Shown here in pieces: positions 60,589 through 64,000 of a stretch of DNA of 64,000 nucleotides. Positions within the stretch are counted from its first letter, which is position 1; the number at the start of each line of letters is the position of its first letter. Location: assembly GCA_034669905.1 (NCBI GenBank), contig JAXMOL010000002.1:128001-192000 (forward strand). The letters are read 5' to 3'. The DNA comes from Candidatus Hydrogenedentota bacterium. Lineage in GTDB: Bacteria; Hydrogenedentota; Hydrogenedentia; Hydrogenedentales; JAEUWI01. Position numbers and translations under genes: made by a program. Under the pieces are notes generated by a model. The model saw nothing but the letters and a program-made list of their open reading frames with translations, searched no databases and was not told where the DNA came from.

Positions 60589-60604
60589 GCAAGATTCGGA
60601 CCAG
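60589..60604 (-). promoter_or_regulatory. sigma54-like promoter of the LysM-M23 gene
   Basis: CTGGTCCGAATCTTGC (GG-N10-GC), 43 nt upstream of the ATG. Confidence 0.55.
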
Positions 60605-60911
60605 AACACGCCAAACCCCCTAACCCATTTATTGGCAGAGAGATAAGAACCCCTTCAAGTGAAAGACAGCGCCCCTCCAACCGGTAGAATCTGCAGGACG
60701 GGGAAAGAATGTCCCCCCACCGCCATCCCGTCGAAGTCACCAGGGATATCCTGCATCCGACCGGTATCAATTGCTTGTCGTTAAAAAGTATTTCGTGGAC
60801 CAAGGGCCCATCTGCCACAAACCCCAACATCGCCTTGCGGCAATGTTGGGGTCCATGACGTTGGGAAGGAAGGAAGATCGTTACTTCTTTCGGGCGTTCC
60901 CGATATATCAT

Positions 60912-61177
60912 AAAAAGAGGAGAGGGTCTCCCCCGAGCAGTGGGGGAGGGAGGAGTGGCTCGGGGGAGACCACGCCGAATGTTGCGGCTTGTGTTAATGG
61001 GAGAGAACCGCTACATGTCAGTTGGTGTGGGGCAATCGGGGGGTACTGACATGCTGGGGAGACATTCGACGCATTGGGAACCTCTTTAATGGTGCGCTTG
61101 TCTTATTCAACTGTCTTATGCATACCAGACGCTCATTTGACCGCCGGTATTCAATTTTTTTCTTTACTGCCTGAACT
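60912..61177 (-). ncRNA. Candidate sigma54-dependent small RNA with C-rich loops
   Basis: Lies between a sigma54 promoter and a 14-bp stem followed by CTCTCCTCTTTTT; contains at least three hairpins with C-rich loops. Confidence 0.55.
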
Positions 61178-61188
61178 GCCTGTATAGA

Positions 61189-61204
61189 GCAATCGCTGTG
61201 CCAA
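61189..61204 (-). promoter_or_regulatory. sigma54 promoter
   Basis: TTGGCACAGCGATTGC on the minus strand, matching the consensus. Confidence 0.8.
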
Positions 61205-61501
61205 GTTTGGCTGATTCGACCTAAGTCCTTTAACTTCAACTGTACCTGCGCTCAACTGCTTCTACCTTATGTATACACAAGGGGCTCAATTCGGTTTCAC
61301 TTACCTGAAAATATCTCAATTGGGGTTTCTGCACCCCAAACCCGAAACCGGGTTTGCCTCGTAAATTGATTCAAATTGAAACGCGACTGTTTCAAGTTGG
61401 TGCAGGGTCGTGCCCGACACGGTGTACTTGAAACCTGACTTCCTCATCGCAAGCTTCACTTCTATAACGATTTAGATACCCTGGACGATGACAAAATTTT
61501 C

Positions 61502-61517
61502 TTGGCATCACTCTTGC
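61502..61517 (+). promoter_or_regulatory. sigma54 promoter of dnaK
   Basis: TTGGCATCACTCTTGC (GG-N10-GC), 80 nt upstream of the ATG. Confidence 0.7.
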
Positions 61518-61597
61518 CCTTATTCAGGCAAAAGAAATGTGCACCAACCCGCACCCCGCCCACCACAGCGCGCGGTGCCAGGAAAGGAATTCGAGAC

Positions 61598-63496
61598 ATG
61601 GCAAGAACCATTGGAATCGACTTAGGAACCACCAACTCCTGTGTCGCCGTGATGGAAAACGGCGAACCCGTTGTCATCGCCAACCCCGAAGGCAACCGCA
61701 CCACCCCCTCCGTGGTCGCGTTCTCAAAGAATGGAGAGCGGCTGGTAGGGGCCTCCGCCCGTCGGCAGGCCGTCACCAACCCCGCCAACACCCTCTCCTC
61801 GGTAAAGCGTCTCATGGGCCTCAGCTATTCCGAGGCCGCCCACGAAATCGAGCGCATGCCTTATGCCGTGAAAGCGGCGAAAAGTGGGGACTGTGAAATC
61901 CAGGCCCAGGGGAAAGGCTACCGCCCCCCGGAAATCTCCGCCATCGTATTGCAGAAACTGAAAGAATCGGCGGAAAGCTTTCTGGGCGAAACCGTGGACA
62001 AAGCCGTCATCACGGTGCCGGCCTATTTCAACGATGCCCAGCGCCAGGCCACCAAGGATGCCGGTAAAATCGCCGGCCTGGAAGTACTCCGCATCATCAA
62101 CGAACCCACGGCCGCCGCCCTCGCCTATGGCCTGGATAAAAAGGGCGACGAAAAAATCGCCGTCTATGACCTCGGCGGCGGTACCTTCGATGTGTCCATC
62201 CTCTCCATCGACGACGCCTCCTTTGAGGTCCTCAGTACCAACGGCGACACCCACCTGGGCGGCGACGACTTCGACCAGGTCATCATTGATTGGCTCGCCG
62301 ATGGCTTCAAAAAAGAATTCAGCGTCGATCTGCGCCAGGACCCCATGGCCCTCCAGCGCCTGAAGGAGGCGGCGGAGAAAGCCAAGTGCGAGCTGTCCTC
62401 CACCACCCAGACCGACATCAATCTGCCCTTTATCACGGCCGATGCCTCCGGGCCCCGTCACCTCAATCAGACCCTGAGCCGGTCGAAATTCGAGCAGTTG
62501 GCTGCCGACCTCCTGGAACGGAGCAAGGCCCCCTGTTACCGCGCCCTGGAAGATGCGGGACTGCGTGCATCGGACATCGACGAGGTCATTCTCGTGGGTG
62601 GTATGACACGCATGCCGGCCGTCGCGGAATTGGTCACCAAGCTGTTCAACACCGAACCCCACCGGGGCGTGAACCCCGATGAGGTCGTCGCCCTCGGTGC
62701 GGCCATCCAGGCAGGTGTCTTGTCGGGCGAAGTGAACGACGTCCTGCTCCTCGACGTGACGCCCCTCTCCCTGGGTATCGAAACCCTCGGCGGGGTGTGC
62801 ACCAAACTCGTGGAGCGCAACACGACCATTCCGGTGTCGAAGAAGGAGATTTTCTCCACCGCTGCCGACAACCAATCGTCGGTTACGGTTCATGTGCTCC
62901 AGGGTGAACGCGAACTGTCGAAGGACAACCGCACCCTGGGACGCTTCAACCTCGAGGGCATTGCACCGGCTCCCCGGGGCATCCCCCAGATTGAAGTCGC
63001 CTTCGACATCGACGCCGATGGCATCGTCCACGTTTCAGCCAAAGACCTGGCCACCGGCAAGGCCCAGAAGATTCGTATCGAGGCTTCCTCGGGATTGTCC
63101 GAAGACGAGATCAACGAACGGGTCCGTGAAGCCGAGGCCCATGCCAAAGAAGACGCCGAGCGTCGGCACCAGGTTGAATTGAAAAACCAGGCCGACCACC
63201 TGCTCTACACCACAGAAAAAACCCTGGCGGAACAGGGTGATGAAATTCCGGAAACCATGCAGCAAAACGTGAAGGAGAAACTTATGGCCTTGAAAGAATC
63301 CCTGAACACGGAAAACGGATTGACCATCGAAGCCGCCATCAAGGCACTGAATGGTGCCCTGCAGGAAATGGGCACCCAGGCCTATGCCAAGGCCCCCGGT
63401 CAACCACCGCAAGACGGGCCGGAGACGCCCTATGCCACGGCAACGGTGAAGGATGACGACAGCGTGGATGCCGATTACACGGTCATCAACAACTAA
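61598..63496 (+). CDS. dnaK: Chaperone DnaK (Hsp70)
   Basis: [50 protein letters not shown]. Confidence 0.98.
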   Translation: MARTIGIDLGTTNSCVAVMENGEPVVIANPEGNRTTPSVVAFSKNGERLVGASARRQAVTNPANTLSSVKRLMGLSYSEAAHEIERMPYAVKAAKSGDCEIQAQGKGYRPPEISAIVLQKLKESAESFLGETVDKAVITVPAYFNDAQRQATKDAGKIAGLEVLRIINEPTAAALAYGLDKKGDEKIAVYDLGGGTFDVSILSIDDASFEVLSTNGDTHLGGDDFDQVIIDWLADGFKKEFSVDLRQDPMALQRLKEAAEKAKCELSSTTQTDINLPFITADASGPRHLNQTLSRSKFEQLAADLLERSKAPCYRALEDAGLRASDIDEVILVGGMTRMPAVAELVTKLFNTEPHRGVNPDEVVALGAAIQAGVLSGEVNDVLLLDVTPLSLGIETLGGVCTKLVERNTTIPVSKKEIFSTAADNQSSVTVHVLQGERELSKDNRTLGRFNLEGIAPAPRGIPQIEVAFDIDADGIVHVSAKDLATGKAQKIRIEASSGLSEDEINERVREAEAHAKEDAERRHQVELKNQADHLLYTTEKTLAEQGDEIPETMQQNVKEKLMALKESLNTENGLTIEAAIKALNGALQEMGTQAYAKAPGQPPQDGPETPYATATVKDDDSVDADYTVINN

Positions 63497-63525
63497 TCCG
63501 GTACGCCACCGGTTGCCATAGAGAA

Positions 63526-63554
63526 ACCGCCCCGGTCACCCCGACCGGGGCGGT
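63526..63554 (+). terminator. Hairpin after dnaK
   Basis: ACCGCCCCGGTC/GACCGGGGCGGT perfect 12-bp stem, weak U-tract. Confidence 0.6.
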
Positions 63555-63624
63555 CCCTGTCTTGGCCGGACCGGAAAAACAGGCCTGTCCGAATAAGGGA
63601 CGCTTTCGCCCTGCCGAATCCTGT

Positions 63625-63654
63625 TTGCACGCTCCCTTCCGTTGCGCGTATGAT
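63625..63654 (+). promoter_or_regulatory. Possible sigma70 promoter of the GNAT gene
   Basis: TTGCAC-N18-TATGAT. Confidence 0.45.
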
Positions 63655-63684
63655 CACCTCAGGCCAAAACGGTAGAAAGCAGTT

Positions 63685-64000
63685 ATGATTCGTAGTTATG
63701 AGAGCGACGACTTAGAAGACCTTCTGGACACGTGGTATGCGGCGTCGCAGATTGCCCACCCCTTCCTCACCGAAGACTTCTTCGATTTGGAGCGCCACAA
63801 CATCCCCACCATCTACCTCCCCATGGCCGACACCTTCGTCTATGTGAAGGACGACCATGTCGTGGGCTTTATTGCCGTCATCGGCAACGAAGTGGGGGCC
63901 ATCTTCGTGCACCCCGAACACCACGGTCAGGGCATCGGCCGCGCCCTCATGGACCACGCCCGCAATCTCCGCGGCAATCTCGAAGTGGAAGTCTTTAAGG
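63685..64000 (+). CDS. GNAT acetyltransferase (YiaC/YjaB-like), truncated by the window end
   Basis: Manual translation: MIRSYESDD...AHPFL...VVGFIAVIGNEVGAIFVHPEHHGQGIGRALM. Confidence 0.88.
   Translation, partial: MIRSYESDDLEDLLDTWYAASQIAHPFLTEDFFDLERHNIPTIYLPMADTFVYVKDDHVVGFIAVIGNEVGAIFVHPEHHGQGIGRALMDHARNLRGNLEVEVFK

Noticed and set aside
61320..61365. c-di-GMP-I riboswitch suggested by GGCAAACC on the minus strand
   Set aside because: Lacks the GNRA loop, the GACGCAAA junction and the second stem.
61724..63031. 435-aa ORF antisense to dnaK
   Set aside because: Long antisense ORFs opposite Hsp70 genes are a known codon-bias artefact.

Overview
GC-rich chromosomal window from a diderm bacterium. 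DnaK carries the diderm-type insert, and the gene content resembles Hydrogenedentota/PVC lineages (inference only). Layout: (1) 1-12.8 kb, housekeeping: tandem P-loop GTPases, ispE, a UbiB kinase, a GH36-like protein, SRP RNA (ffs), dnaX, and larB-larC-coaD, where LarC has a ~126-residue His tract. (2) 12.8-31 kb, accessory glycan-degradation region: 4 sulfatases, 2 BNR/sialidase-like proteins, a sialate O-acetylesterase, GGT and hicAB. Its spacers are mosaics of several REP-like palindrome families and contain stacked, synonymously diverged copies of gene 3' ends. (3) 31-64 kb: a PilH/PilI/PilG-like ABC module, GTP-PEPCK, an ECF sigma cassette, a PEP-utilising kinase, TrmH, a PpiD-like protein, PBP1A, a GYF/RDD operon, GH5, PPi-PEPCK, OmpA, a LysM-M23 peptidase, dnaK and a GNAT. 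The two most notable unexplained signals are a candidate sigma54-driven ~265-nt small RNA with C-rich (anti-Shine-Dalgarno-like) hairpin loops divergent from dnaK, and the repeat array behind coaD that holds alternative coaD C-termini. No tRNA, rRNA, CRISPR array, integrase or transposase gene was recognised. All calls come from reading the sequence; no searches were run.
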